Source of the DNA: an uncultured bacterium
GTDB taxonomy: Bacteria; Babelota; Babeliae; Babelales; Vermiphilaceae
Direction of reading: 5' to 3'
NCBI GenBank assembly: GCA_963702025.1
Contig: OY969699.1
Span: 1,312,001-1,376,000 of the forward strand
DNA: 64,000 nt
Part shown: positions 21,268-30,724 of the stretch, one piece after another
Position numbering within the stretch: the first letter of the stretch is position 1
How the letters are laid out: each line of letters starts with the position of its first letter
The notes under the pieces: model-generated
Database searches by the model: none
Told to the model about the DNA's origin: nothing
Seen by the model: the letters and a program-made list of their open reading frames with translations, nothing else
Position numbers and translations under genes: made by a program

Positions 21268-22812
21268 TTATGCCCAGCCCATTTTTTGCTGAAAGAAATT
21301 CTGGATCACGCCCAACAAAACACCAATAAAAATATACAAACTTAATCCGGCAGAGAAATTGGCTGAAAAAGCACCGAAAATAAGCGCCATAGCAATCATG
21401 GTAAAACGCTGTTTTGGATCATTGGTCGGCGCCAAAAAGAGCATGCTGCCCCCGATAAGAACGGGCAAAATATAATAGGGATCGGTTGCTGATAAATCAG
21501 GGATCCATAAGAAGGGCGCCTTATATAACTCAATTGCACTGGAAAGCACTCGGCTCAATGCAAAGAAAATCGGCAATTGCAATAATTTGGGTAAACATCC
21601 ACCAACGCCCGGCATGCCATGCTTATTGATAAGCTCAGCTCGCTCACGCGCCAATGTATCCGGATCATTTTTATATCGCTGCTGAATATACGCCAGCTTC
21701 TTCTGCATATCGGTATATTTTTTCATACTCTTGGAGCCAATAAGGTTAAGCGGTAATAAAATCAAATTGATTACGAGCGTTAATATAACAATAGCCCAGC
21801 CATAGTTATGTAAAAAACGGTATAAATAGTTTAAGATCCAAAGAAGCGCACGTGAGATGGGAGCAAGTATTCCTGAATAATCAAGCGTCTGCTCCAACCG
21901 GGGATCAACACCAGTCATCACCGCTTCCTCTTTAGGACCAAAATAAAATGATACCGTCCACTGAGTTGGTGCAGTAATTGCCGCACTTTCTAAAATACTA
22001 ATTAAGCGTGTCTGCCCGACCAGCGAATAATAGGCACGTTGCGTAAAGTGTTGCGGATCAGCTACCATCGCGTGAATAAAATATCTATCATCGCTACCAA
22101 ACAATGTCGGCGCAAACCAGCCGGTGTTGGGGTCAACCTTTGCACGCGCTTTTTTAGCTACTGATCCTTTTTGGTTGTTATAAATAGCAGATACCACATC
22201 CCCTTTTACTGAAAGAGCCGGCGAACTAAAGAAAATGCGGACCTGCACAGGTTCTTTTTTAGGTGTAATGGTAACTGCCAGATCAATCTTAAATTGAGCA
22301 TGGTAGATAGTAAACGTTTTATCTATAATGGCATGCTCCGTCTGCCCGCGATAGGTTACGTGCGAAACTGATTCACCTTGATCATGATCAATGAGGGTAA
22401 AATTATAAGGAGTGTTTGTATCCAAGCCCACCAAGAAGCAATTATTTTCACGCGAAAGATCGTGCGGGGTTTCAATGGTTTTGAGCGAAATAAGCTCACC
22501 ATTCATATGCCTTTTGAAAATCAATTGCTCCAAGCAAGCCCCTTTATTAGAAAAAATATAGGTGGCAAATTCTGTTTCAATGCGCGTTTGAACAGCCGGC
22601 AATGAATCACTCTCCTCAGAATCATTAAAATTAACTTCTCGATTCAAGGGCTGAACCTCAAGCGGACTTTGGGGCGCAACAAAGGTTTGACCCGATTGCA
22701 CTTCTTCAGCCCCATTGCCCGGGTTTAAATAAGGCCTAATAATAAAATATTCAAGAGCAAAAAGAGTGAGGGAGGCAAGAGCAAACGGCAATAATAAATT
22801 CTTGAAATTCAT
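21268..22812 (-). CDS. yidC: Membrane protein insertase YidC
   Basis: NYGWAIVILT, GGCLP.LLQLPIF, FLWIPDLSATDPYYILP. Confidence 0.95.
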   Translation of the reverse strand: MNFKNLLLPFALASLTLFALEYFIIRPYLNPGNGAEEVQSGQTFVAPQSPLEVQPLNREVNFNDSEESDSLPAVQTRIETEFATYIFSNKGACLEQLIFKRHMNGELISLKTIETPHDLSRENNCFLVGLDTNTPYNFTLIDHDQGESVSHVTYRGQTEHAIIDKTFTIYHAQFKIDLAVTITPKKEPVQVRIFFSSPALSVKGDVVSAIYNNQKGSVAKKARAKVDPNTGWFAPTLFGSDDRYFIHAMVADPQHFTQRAYYSLVGQTRLISILESAAITAPTQWTVSFYFGPKEEAVMTGVDPRLEQTLDYSGILAPISRALLWILNYLYRFLHNYGWAIVILTLVINLILLPLNLIGSKSMKKYTDMQKKLAYIQQRYKNDPDTLARERAELINKHGMPGVGGCLPKLLQLPIFFALSRVLSSAIELYKAPFLWIPDLSATDPYYILPVLIGGSMLFLAPTNDPKQRFTMIAMALIFGAFSANFSAGLSLYIFIGVLLGVIQNFFQQKMGWA

Positions 22813-23009
22813 AGATACAAATCCTTGAGAAACAGCAAATGATCGGGATATTTACAAAACAAACCATCCTAATAGTAGCAAAAAAACTGTATGCTTACCA
22901 GGCGAACGCATAACTTTTTGCAAAAAAATAATGCTCTATTTTAACTATTTTGGTATACCTATATCTACTACCTTGCAAAATGAGAAAAGGTAATGAAAAG
23001 GAAAATTAC

Positions 23010-23405
23010 ATGAAAATGCAAAAAAGACAATTTAGAATCGGCCAACTTGCCAACTATTTAAAGGTTGAAAAATTCGTTATCAGATTTTGGGAAAAAGAAT
23101 TTGAAATGAAAAGCGCGCGCTCAACAGGCGGCCAACGATTTTATGACCAAAAAGATATTGAGCGGTTTAAAATAATTAAAGAACTGCTCTATCAAAAAGG
23201 TTTTACCATTGCGGGAGCAAAACAACAGCTCAAGGAACGCTCAAAGCGTAAGCAAGCATTGCTTGAAGAGGATTCAAAAATTTTAGGATCCCACAAAACA
23301 ACGCTCGAGCATACGGTGAACACGCCGCAACCAACGCGAGAAGAACTGGAGCAGCAGATTGTCGACTTACAGAAAAAATTATTAAAGTTACGGGAATTGC
23401 TGTAA
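23010..23405 (+). CDS. MerR-family HTH transcriptional regulator
   Basis: FRIGQLA...VIRFWEKEF...GGQRFY, LLYQKGFTIAGAK; start set at ATG 23010. Confidence 0.88.
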   Translation: MKMQKRQFRIGQLANYLKVEKFVIRFWEKEFEMKSARSTGGQRFYDQKDIERFKIIKELLYQKGFTIAGAKQQLKERSKRKQALLEEDSKILGSHKTTLEHTVNTPQPTREELEQQIVDLQKKLLKLRELL

Positions 23406-23572
23406 CCCTTCGTGACCCGTCTTCCGACTTCGCTAAAGCTACGTCGGGCAGGTCGCCAAGGCGGAGTTTATCCTGAGCTCACCGAAGGGCCGGGCACGCG
23501 CACAACGACCCGTTCGTGCTGAGCCCGTCGAAGCATCGTGGTGAGTGATTGCGAAGCAATTGTATCGAACCA
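23406..23572. repeat. Composite cluster of REP-like palindromes
   Basis: CCGACTTCGCTAAAGCTACGTCGG hairpin (23424-47), TCCTGAG..CCGAAGGG (23471-89), TGCTGAG..TCGAAGCA (23510-35), TGGTGAGT..GTATCGAACCA (23536-72). Confidence 0.8.
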
Positions 23573-23593
23573 TATTGTAAAGATTGTTTAAGT

Positions 23594-24985
23594 ATGTACA
23601 ACAGCAAAGCACATATTCATTTTGTGGGAATCGGCGGCATCGGCATGAGCGGCATCGCACAGATCCTCAAAAACCAGGGATATACAATATCCGGTTGCGA
23701 CGCGGATATGGATCAACAAAGCATTAAAGATCTCAAAGCGGCCGGGTGCATTATTTTTGAAGGCAACAATAGCAATCATTGCCAAACTGCATGCCCAGAT
23801 ATTTTGGTCTACTCCTCGGCAATTCGTGCCCACAATCCCGAAATTGTTGCCGCGCAAGCGCGCGGCATTCCCACAATACCACGCGCCCTTATGCTCGCTG
23901 AGCTCATGCGCACCAAATTTAGCATTGCTATCAGCGGTGCTCATGGCAAAACGACCACTACATCATTGATTTCTCATATTTTACTGGAGGCCCATCGGGA
24001 TCCAACCGTGGTTATTGGCGGGCATCTGAAAAATATTGAAGCAAACGCGCGCCTTGGCAATGGTGATTTTTTAGTTGCTGAAGCTGATGAAAGCGATCGT
24101 TCGCTCCAAAATCTTCATCCGACTCTTGCCGTTGTCACCAATATTGATTTGGAACATTTAGAAACGTATAAAGATTTGGACGATATTAAAGAAACATTCA
24201 AGCGATTTTTGAATAATATTCCCTTTTACGGGAAAGCATTCGTATGCCTCGATGATGCCAATATTCGTTCCATTATTCCCTCACTGCCCCATATTAAATT
24301 AATAAAATACGGATTTGACGAAATTGCTGACCTTTATGCTACTAACGTTGCTCTCCATGCCGATTACACCACTTTTACGATTCATAAAAAAGATATTCAA
24401 GAGCCACTCGGCACCATTCATAGTTTTTTACTGGGCAGGCACAATGTTTTAAATTCGTTGGCAGCAATAGCGGTTGCTTTAGATGTTGGCATTCCCTTTG
24501 AGACAATTTCCCGTGCAATAACCAGCTTTAAAGGTATTGAGCGAAGATTTTGTTACAAAGGCACTTTTCAAGGCGCTGAAATTTTTGACGACTACGGCCA
24601 TCACCCACAAGAAATTTATAATACACTCTTGGTTGCCAAAAAAAGATCAAAAAGGAAACTCATCGTGGTTTTTCAACCGCACCGATACACAAGAACAGAT
24701 AAGTTATGGCATGATTTTATTAAAATATTTATTGAAAGCGCCATTGATCATTTAATCGTGACCGATATTTATCCGGCAAGCGAAGCGCCCATTCTCAATG
24801 TTACCAGCCCAAATTTAGTAAGTGCCATGCAAGAACAAAATCCGGCATTTACCATTACCTATGCCCCGTATGAAAAAGATTTTGTGGCGATCAAAGAATC
24901 ACTCAAATCTATTGCGCATGAAGATGATTTGGTTCTCTTGCTGGGCGCGGGTAAAGTAAACAAATTGGTCGATTATCTAACCTAA
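23594..24985 (+). CDS. murC: UDP-N-acetylmuramate--L-alanine ligase
   Basis: IHFVGIGGIGMSG, GAHGKTTTT, EADESD, DDYGHHP, FQPHRY. Confidence 0.97.
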   Translation: MYNSKAHIHFVGIGGIGMSGIAQILKNQGYTISGCDADMDQQSIKDLKAAGCIIFEGNNSNHCQTACPDILVYSSAIRAHNPEIVAAQARGIPTIPRALMLAELMRTKFSIAISGAHGKTTTTSLISHILLEAHRDPTVVIGGHLKNIEANARLGNGDFLVAEADESDRSLQNLHPTLAVVTNIDLEHLETYKDLDDIKETFKRFLNNIPFYGKAFVCLDDANIRSIIPSLPHIKLIKYGFDEIADLYATNVALHADYTTFTIHKKDIQEPLGTIHSFLLGRHNVLNSLAAIAVALDVGIPFETISRAITSFKGIERRFCYKGTFQGAEIFDDYGHHPQEIYNTLLVAKKRSKRKLIVVFQPHRYTRTDKLWHDFIKIFIESAIDHLIVTDIYPASEAPILNVTSPNLVSAMQEQNPAFTITYAPYEKDFVAIKESLKSIAHEDDLVLLLGAGKVNKLVDYLT

Positions 24986-25405
24986 CGCTACAATGAAGTC
25001 AGGATTTTTTTCTAAAACACGTCCGAATGCTTGGGAAATCACGTTCTGTTTTTCCTCCATACTCAACTGATCGTAATGAGAAAATTCTTTATCCGTTTGG
25101 GCTTCTTGTAAAGTTTCCTGTAAAATTGGGTAACTGTATTCGTTAAGTGATTCAACCGAAATGGTCCTTCCATCTGTTAAATTTTTTATTTTCTCAGCGA
25201 ATGATTTAAACTCCGGCGATTCAAGATCTCTCTGCGCAGAAGCCTCCAGGAGTTCCCCATGTTTTTTTATAACAGCATCAAGTTCATGAATGAGCTTTCT
25301 CGATTGTGGCTTTAACTGATTAAGCCAACTCTGCTCAATTGGTTTTTCCATAGCAGAAATAGTCGCAACACCAAATATTAAAAGCAGTAATAATCGTAAT
25401 TTCAT
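24977..25405 (-). CDS. Hypothetical secreted protein
   Basis: Signal MKLRLLLLLIFGVATISA-MEK; helical body. Confidence 0.7.
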   Translation of the reverse strand: MKLRLLLLLIFGVATISAMEKPIEQSWLNQLKPQSRKLIHELDAVIKKHGELLEASAQRDLESPEFKSFAEKIKNLTDGRTISVESLNEYSYPILQETLQEAQTDKEFSHYDQLSMEEKQNVISQAFGRVLEKNPDFIVALG

Positions 25406-25413
25406 TGACAACC

Positions 25414-26247
25414 TCACTCCAACTTAGTTTTCCCATTATATTGTTTAAGCAATTGAATTATTTGGTTCCCTTTTGCTGGATCCCGAATATTTTTGACCGC
25501 ATTAGCAACTTCAGTCTTTGCAATACCTTGATCCGCACCTGCCTCAAGAAGCATTTGAATTATAACTGGATTTTCTTCAAGAATGGCAATTACAAGGGGG
25601 ATAATTGAAGATCGAGAGCTCGTATAAGCATTCGGATCAGCCCCAAGCTCTAAAAGCTTATCTACCATTTCGACGTTATCATTTGCGATTGCTGCTCCCA
25701 GCGGAGATATATCTAAATCATCAAAAAGCTCAATGCTTGCACCAAGATTCACTAAAAAAGTAAAAAGCGTTACATTATTTTTTTGTATTGCAAGCAAAAA
25801 ATCTCTCTGCAGTTGTTTAAGAAATTTATCTTCATCCTGATCGTGAGATAGCGAAGCCGGAATTAAGCCCTTTTGATAATTCTGTTTATACCAATCTCGT
25901 GCGCCCGGGACATTTAAACGAGCCGCAACATCAATATAGGCATAATGCGCATCATCAGGGTCGATTGTTGTCCCAAATTTCTCATATAACTGTTCCATAA
26001 TATCGTCCGTTATTTGATCATCATCAAGCAAGTTACGAATTTGTATACTATCCGCACCTGCTTTATGTATTCCATTAATAGCTTCATCTAGGGTTACTGC
26101 ATTGGCAATAATATTTTTTATTATTGGACGCATAGTTAGTTGCTGAAGGCTTAATGGCTCGAATAACTTTAATCGTAAATTAGGGATTTCGGGCGCAAAA
26201 ATGGTTCCGAAGACAAATAGCGAAAGTCCTAACAATCGCAATTTCAT
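25414..26247 (-). CDS. Secreted ankyrin-repeat protein with BC-box-like N-terminal motif
   Basis: Signal peptide; PLSLQQL; SPLGAAIA..LLELGADPN ankyrin repeats. Confidence 0.85.
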   Translation of the reverse strand: MKLRLLGLSLFVFGTIFAPEIPNLRLKLFEPLSLQQLTMRPIIKNIIANAVTLDEAINGIHKAGADSIQIRNLLDDDQITDDIMEQLYEKFGTTIDPDDAHYAYIDVAARLNVPGARDWYKQNYQKGLIPASLSHDQDEDKFLKQLQRDFLLAIQKNNVTLFTFLVNLGASIELFDDLDISPLGAAIANDNVEMVDKLLELGADPNAYTSSRSSIIPLVIAILEENPVIIQMLLEAGADQGIAKTEVANAVKNIRDPAKGNQIIQLLKQYNGKTKLE

Positions 26248-26258
26248 TATTCTTCTCC

Positions 26259-27101
26259 TTACTCCAACTTAGTTTTCTCGGTATATGGTTTAAGCAATTG
26301 AATTATTTTGTTTCTTGTTGCAGGATCCTGAATATCTTGTACGGCCTTGGCAACATTTACTGTTGGAGTTGCGATATTTTGATCAGCACCTGCCTCAAGA
26401 AGCATTCGAACTATGTCCGGATTTTCTTTATGTATTGCTGTTATAAGTGGAGTCGCCAAAAAGAATCCGGCATTTCCGTTAGGATCAGCCCCCATATCTA
26501 AAAGCTTTTTTACCACTTGAACGTTGTCACTCCTAATCGCTTCGCCCAATGGAGATATACTAAACCCAGCGAAAAGCTCAATGCTCGCTCCAAGATTTAA
26601 TAAAAAATTAAAGAATATGAGATTATTTGCTCTTATAGCAGCCAAAAATTCTTTATTTAACCATAGACGAAATCGTTCCTCAGTTTTTTCTTGGGGTTTC
26701 TCAAAGATTATGCCCTTATCATAATTCTGAGCATACCAATCTCGCGCACCTTGGGTATTTAAACGAGCAGCGATATCAATATAGGCATAATGCGTATCAT
26801 CTGGACTGATTTCGGCCCCAAATTTATCATATAACTGTTTCATAATATCATTCGTTATTTGCTCATTATCAAGTAAGTTAAGAATTTGAATATTATCTGT
26901 AGCTGCTTTATGTATTCCATTAATTGCTTGATTTAAAGTAGCCGCATTGGCAATAATATTTTTTATTATTGGGCGCATAGTTAGTTGCTGCAAACTTAAT
27001 GGCTGGAATTGTTTTACTTGCGCTTGCACAGGCGGTTTTTCCATCGCACCACTGGTTAAAACAGCTAAAAAAGTAATCATTACACATGCTTGGATCTTCA
27101 T
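26259..27101 (-). CDS. Secreted ankyrin-repeat protein, tandem paralog of 25414..26247
   Basis: Shared PLSLQQLTMRPIIKNIIANA, ankyrin repeats and C-terminal KTKLE. Confidence 0.85.
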   Translation of the reverse strand: MKIQACVMITFLAVLTSGAMEKPPVQAQVKQFQPLSLQQLTMRPIIKNIIANAATLNQAINGIHKAATDNIQILNLLDNEQITNDIMKQLYDKFGAEISPDDTHYAYIDIAARLNTQGARDWYAQNYDKGIIFEKPQEKTEERFRLWLNKEFLAAIRANNLIFFNFLLNLGASIELFAGFSISPLGEAIRSDNVQVVKKLLDMGADPNGNAGFFLATPLITAIHKENPDIVRMLLEAGADQNIATPTVNVAKAVQDIQDPATRNKIIQLLKPYTEKTKLE

Positions 27102-27433
27102 TATTCTCCATAAAGCATTTTTGTTAGCTTTTGGATATATTCACCATATAACTGCTTTGCCCTTACAGTATATTCATCCGCGTTTATTTTACCTGTTACA
27201 AATTCTTGCAAAGCTTGTGCTTTTTTTTCTTGAAAATCACGAGTTCCTTCAGCCGAAACTTTTTCTTTTATATCTTCGGGAAGATTTTGAACTGACTGTC
27301 CTCTCTTCCATATTTCTTGTACGGTTATGTCAATCAGTGATTTGGGTTGTTGGGGTTGTTGGGTATGGCTACTTCCTACAAAACATAATGCGAAAATACT
27401 TAACACTTTTAACAAATTAATGGCTTTATTCAT
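27101..27433 (-). CDS. Small secreted protein with BC-box-like motif
   Basis: Signal peptide; PKSLIDITVQEIW..VQNLPEDIKEKV. Confidence 0.65.
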   Translation of the reverse strand: MNKAINLLKVLSIFALCFVGSSHTQQPQQPKSLIDITVQEIWKRGQSVQNLPEDIKEKVSAEGTRDFQEKKAQALQEFVTGKINADEYTVRAKQLYGEYIQKLTKMLYGE

Positions 27434-27562
27434 TATTCTTCTCCTCAATAGGGTTTATTTCTATTTCTCTCATATAATGGCATATTTTTATTACAATTTG
27501 CAATATTATTGATTATTTTATGAATAATTTGGTACGCTAATGGTATATAAGGGAGTTTTGCA

Positions 27563-27946
27563 ATGAAAAAACTATCTAAAATACTGACTTTTTTGCTGAT
27601 ACTCGTTTTGAGCAACGATTATATTTCGCTCCATGCGGATGAAGCTTCTGACATTTTAGGGCCAACTATTGGCGGGGCAGCCCTTGGTGGTATTTTTGGC
27701 GGCGGCCGCGGCGCAGCAATTGGCGCCGGGGTCGGGTTTGGCATTGGCGCACTCAATGCATCCCGTAATCGCGAACGGCAGTATTATTACCGTAATGAAC
27801 CGTATTATGATGATGATTATGATTATTATGATGATGACTATTATTATCAACCAGTAAGAAGAAGTTTTCGCACGCGCCGGTACAATCAACGCCGCGCCCA
27901 ACCGGCAACAAACCAATCGTCCGGCAAAATAATATACGTTAATTAA
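27563..27946 (+). CDS. Exported glycine-zipper protein with Tyr/Asp-rich region
   Basis: GGAG SD; signal; GGAALGGIFGGGRGAAIGAGVG; YYDDDYDYYDDDYYY. Confidence 0.75.
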   Translation: MKKLSKILTFLLILVLSNDYISLHADEASDILGPTIGGAALGGIFGGGRGAAIGAGVGFGIGALNASRNRERQYYYRNEPYYDDDYDYYDDDYYYQPVRRSFRTRRYNQRRAQPATNQSSGKIIYVN

Positions 27947-27952
27947 AAGATA

Positions 27953-28453
27953 TTACTCATCATCAGCGCTATTTTTTGGACTCACCAGCAGATGAACTAA
28001 ATGAGTATATTTACTCGTATAAGCATTTTCGAGTGATCGAACGGTAACAAGAGCAATTTTCTTTGGCTTTTCAAAAAGTAAGAATTTTTCATCAACATCA
28101 ACCATTGCAGCCTGGTGCCACCCCATGCACGCCATTTGCGTGCAATAAAAAGCGATAATCTCATCGGCCAAACAAATTGTTGCAAAAACAATCATTTGCT
28201 GATCATTGCGCAAACTTTGATGAGCGTGCTGTAGAATAACCGAACCTATCATGGTTGGCAAATCGGTTAAGGTTGCCTCAATACTCAGTTGCCGTTCTTG
28301 TGCTTGTTCGAGGGTTCCAATATCAATATTGGTTTCAATAGAAAAAGCTGCTTCATTGTGAGAAGCAGCTTTTTTATAATTTTTTGGTGCGCAACCGGAA
28401 ATGGCACCCAGGAGGGCCATTAGGCCGGCTAAAGACACCATGCGCGCGTACAT
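27953..28453 (-). CDS. Hypothetical lipoprotein
   Basis: Hydrophobic leader ending in lipobox ISGC; follows rplS directly. Confidence 0.65.
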   Translation of the reverse strand: MYARMVSLAGLMALLGAISGCAPKNYKKAASHNEAAFSIETNIDIGTLEQAQERQLSIEATLTDLPTMIGSVILQHAHQSLRNDQQMIVFATICLADEIIAFYCTQMACMGWHQAAMVDVDEKFLLFEKPKKIALVTVRSLENAYTSKYTHLVHLLVSPKNSADDE

Positions 28454-28454
28454 T

Positions 28455-28850
28455 TTACGCAGCTGAAACGGTGTTATTTGCAGTGTGGCTTGCAATTTTT
28501 TCTTTTACACGTCCCGCTTTACCAACTCTATCACGCAAATAATAAAGCTTTGCACGGCAAACGTCACCACGTCTAATCACATTAATTGATTCAATCAATG
28601 GTGAATAAACGGGAAAGATTCTTTCTACCGGCACTGCATTGGCACCAATTTTACGAACGGTAAAGGTGCTTGAAATGCCATGATTGTTTTTGGCAATAAC
28701 ATCACCTTCAAACATTTGAATACGTTCTTTGTCGCCTTCCTTAATTTTTTGTGCAACAGCAATGGTGTCACCAATATTAAATGCCGGAAAACCGCGATCA
28801 ACTATACCAACATTGGCAAGCGTTTCTTTAGTAAGTTTTTTTGCTTTCAT
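28455..28850 (-). CDS. rplS: 50S ribosomal protein L19
   Basis: [33 protein letters not shown]. Confidence 0.97.
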   Translation of the reverse strand: MKAKKLTKETLANVGIVDRGFPAFNIGDTIAVAQKIKEGDKERIQMFEGDVIAKNNHGISSTFTVRKIGANAVPVERIFPVYSPLIESINVIRRGDVCRAKLYYLRDRVGKAGRVKEKIASHTANNTVSAA

Positions 28851-28955
28851 CGTAAACCTTTGGATGATTTTGTCCTGCGTGGAACACTAACACTGCTTTT
28901 TAGGGCACTTTAGCATAGCCAATAGGGATTGCTTAAATGGAAGAATTTAATTTTT

Positions 28956-28984
28956 ACTATAACAAAAAAAAAGAAATATGCCAA
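28956..28984 (-). promoter_or_regulatory. Putative internal sigma70 promoter for rplS
   Basis: TTGGCA-17 bp-TATAGT with TGn extension on the minus strand. Confidence 0.55.
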
Positions 28985-28989
28985 TTCAA

Positions 28990-30297
28990 CTACTTTTTAA
29001 TGTTTAATCCCAGCCATTTATCAAGAATAATAGCCACTGCGGAACGAACTGATAAGTGATTATAATCAGTTAACCCTTCTAAAGGGGCCAATATATAGTC
29101 ACATTTTTCAAGGAGTGCAGGGCTCAATCCTTTGCCGGTGCCAAAAATAAGCACAACGGGCCGTTTTTGGGCCCATATCGTGCCCTGATCATGGAAAGTA
29201 ATCATTTTGTTCCCTTGACTTGGGCGAGCGGAGGTAGCTATCAGCAGTGGTTTTGCCCCCTCTTTGCGCTCAACATCAGCAAGAACAGCTTCAAGAGAAT
29301 CCTTGAGCTCAACATGTTTCACTGCATCATGCCTGCTGGCATTATATTCAACCCCGGTGCCTGTCTGCCAAAAATCAAGCAATTTTCTTACGATTTTTTG
29401 CTGGTCAAGCAAGGGGGTAACGATAAAATAATTTCGCAAACCATAGGTGCGTGATGAACGCGCGATATCATGAATATCAAGAGAAGTTACCGACGTGTTG
29501 CCCACGCGATCCCCTGCTGCATCAGCCACCACCACATCAGTATGCATAAGCACACTGTAATGAGACGGTAAAGCCTGTGCGACCAATCTCCTTTGTTCAA
29601 CATTCAATGGGCAAGCCGAAAGCCAATCCCAATGATTTTCTAGCGTTCGCTCGATTGCCATGCGTACGCGCCACTGCTCAATGAGTGCATGATTGCCCGA
29701 TCGGAGAACCTCAGGAACCTCTTTATCCTGCCAGATAGCCGGCATAGTATATTCAGGATAATCAACAAACGGCCCCGAGAATGAATCACGTTGTACCGAT
29801 TCTTGCTTGCCAACCACGCCGGGTAATAATCGCAAGAGCCCTTCGAGCAAAATCATTGCCGGTAGATCACCGCCCATCAGCACAAAATCACCGATGGAAA
29901 TAACCTGATCAGCATAAACCTGCTCCACGCGATCATCCATTCCTTCATACCGAGCGGGAATAAGCATTAAATGTTTTTTTTCCTGAACCTGCTGGGCAAT
30001 CTCTTTGAGCAGATTCTGGTCAAGCTTTTTGCCATGGGGCGAGAAAAAGATTTTATACGCGCTGCCATGAGCCTGTTCTTGCGCCTCGATTGCCTTTTGC
30101 ACCACTTCAGGCTTAATGAGCATACCCGCGCCATGGCCAAAGGTAGGAGAATCGATGCGTTCTTTAGGTGCAACAACAGAAAAAAAATCGGCCAGATTAA
30201 ACTGGACCAATTTTTGTTCCTGCGCACGACGCACTAAACTCGTTTCAAGAAACGGTGTATAGAGTTGCGGGAAAACGGAGAGAATGGATATGTTCAT
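28990..30297 (-). CDS. trmD: tRNA (guanine37-N1)-methyltransferase TrmD fused to a C-terminal SPOUT-type methyltransferase domain
   Basis: GHGAGMLIK, RYEGMDDR, SIGDFVLMGG, SGNH; second domain SVTSLDIHDIARSSRTYG...FGTGKGL...YNHLSVRSAVAIILD. Confidence 0.93.
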   Translation of the reverse strand: MNISILSVFPQLYTPFLETSLVRRAQEQKLVQFNLADFFSVVAPKERIDSPTFGHGAGMLIKPEVVQKAIEAQEQAHGSAYKIFFSPHGKKLDQNLLKEIAQQVQEKKHLMLIPARYEGMDDRVEQVYADQVISIGDFVLMGGDLPAMILLEGLLRLLPGVVGKQESVQRDSFSGPFVDYPEYTMPAIWQDKEVPEVLRSGNHALIEQWRVRMAIERTLENHWDWLSACPLNVEQRRLVAQALPSHYSVLMHTDVVVADAAGDRVGNTSVTSLDIHDIARSSRTYGLRNYFIVTPLLDQQKIVRKLLDFWQTGTGVEYNASRHDAVKHVELKDSLEAVLADVERKEGAKPLLIATSARPSQGNKMITFHDQGTIWAQKRPVVLIFGTGKGLSPALLEKCDYILAPLEGLTDYNHLSVRSAVAIILDKWLGLNIKK

Positions 30298-30302
30298 GTA
30301 AT

Positions 30303-30551
30303 TTATTTCGCCGCGCCTTCTTTATACTGGCGATGCAATTTTTTTACGGTCTCAGATTCTTGCGCACCAACTGAAAGCCAGTAATTAATGCGATCTTCGT
30401 GGAAATGCACCAACTTGCTGTTGAGCATATCATAGGTACCAAGATCTTCTAAACAAGCCCCATCACGTTTTTTGCGTGAATCAAGCGCCACAATGCGCGC
30501 AAAGGGAGCATTTTTTTTACCAATACGTTGTAAACGAATTTTGACTGCCAT
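30303..30551 (-). CDS. rpsP: 30S ribosomal protein S16
   Basis: MAVKIRLQRIGKK, RDG..EDLGTY, YWLSVGAQ.SETV. Confidence 0.97.
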   Translation of the reverse strand: MAVKIRLQRIGKKNAPFARIVALDSRKKRDGACLEDLGTYDMLNSKLVHFHEDRINYWLSVGAQESETVKKLHRQYKEGAAK

Positions 30552-30609
30552 GCAATCATCCTTATGATATTTAAAATAGAAAAATTTTTAAAATGGATTA
30601 CTTAAAATA

Positions 30610-30700
30610 TGGTTCGATACGATTGCTACGCAATCACTCACCACGAGCGGCACACCTAGGCCCGCTCGCCCTGAGTAGCAGTTTACTGCGTATCGAAGGG
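30610..30700. repeat. Inverted pair of REP-like units (REPIN-like) between ffh and rpsP
   Basis: TGGTTCGATAC-GATTGCTACGCAATC-ACTCACCACGAGCGG (30610-50) and CCGCTCGCCCTGAGT-hairpin-GTATCGAAGGG (30662-700). Confidence 0.88.
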
Positions 30701-30724
30701 TCTTTTTAATAAATATACCAATTT

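Noticed and set aside
23406..23572. tRNA or known ncRNA; also ORF 23439..23660 and the TTG extension of murC
   Set aside because: No cloverleaf with T/D-loop consensus. The GC-rich structure is explained by stacked palindromic repeats, and the ORFs are by-products of them.
27656..27916. Poly-Ile ORF on the minus strand and Met/Ile-rich ORF 27669..27857
   Set aside because: Alternative-frame readings of the GAT/TAT-rich Tyr/Asp tract in the gene at 27563..27946.
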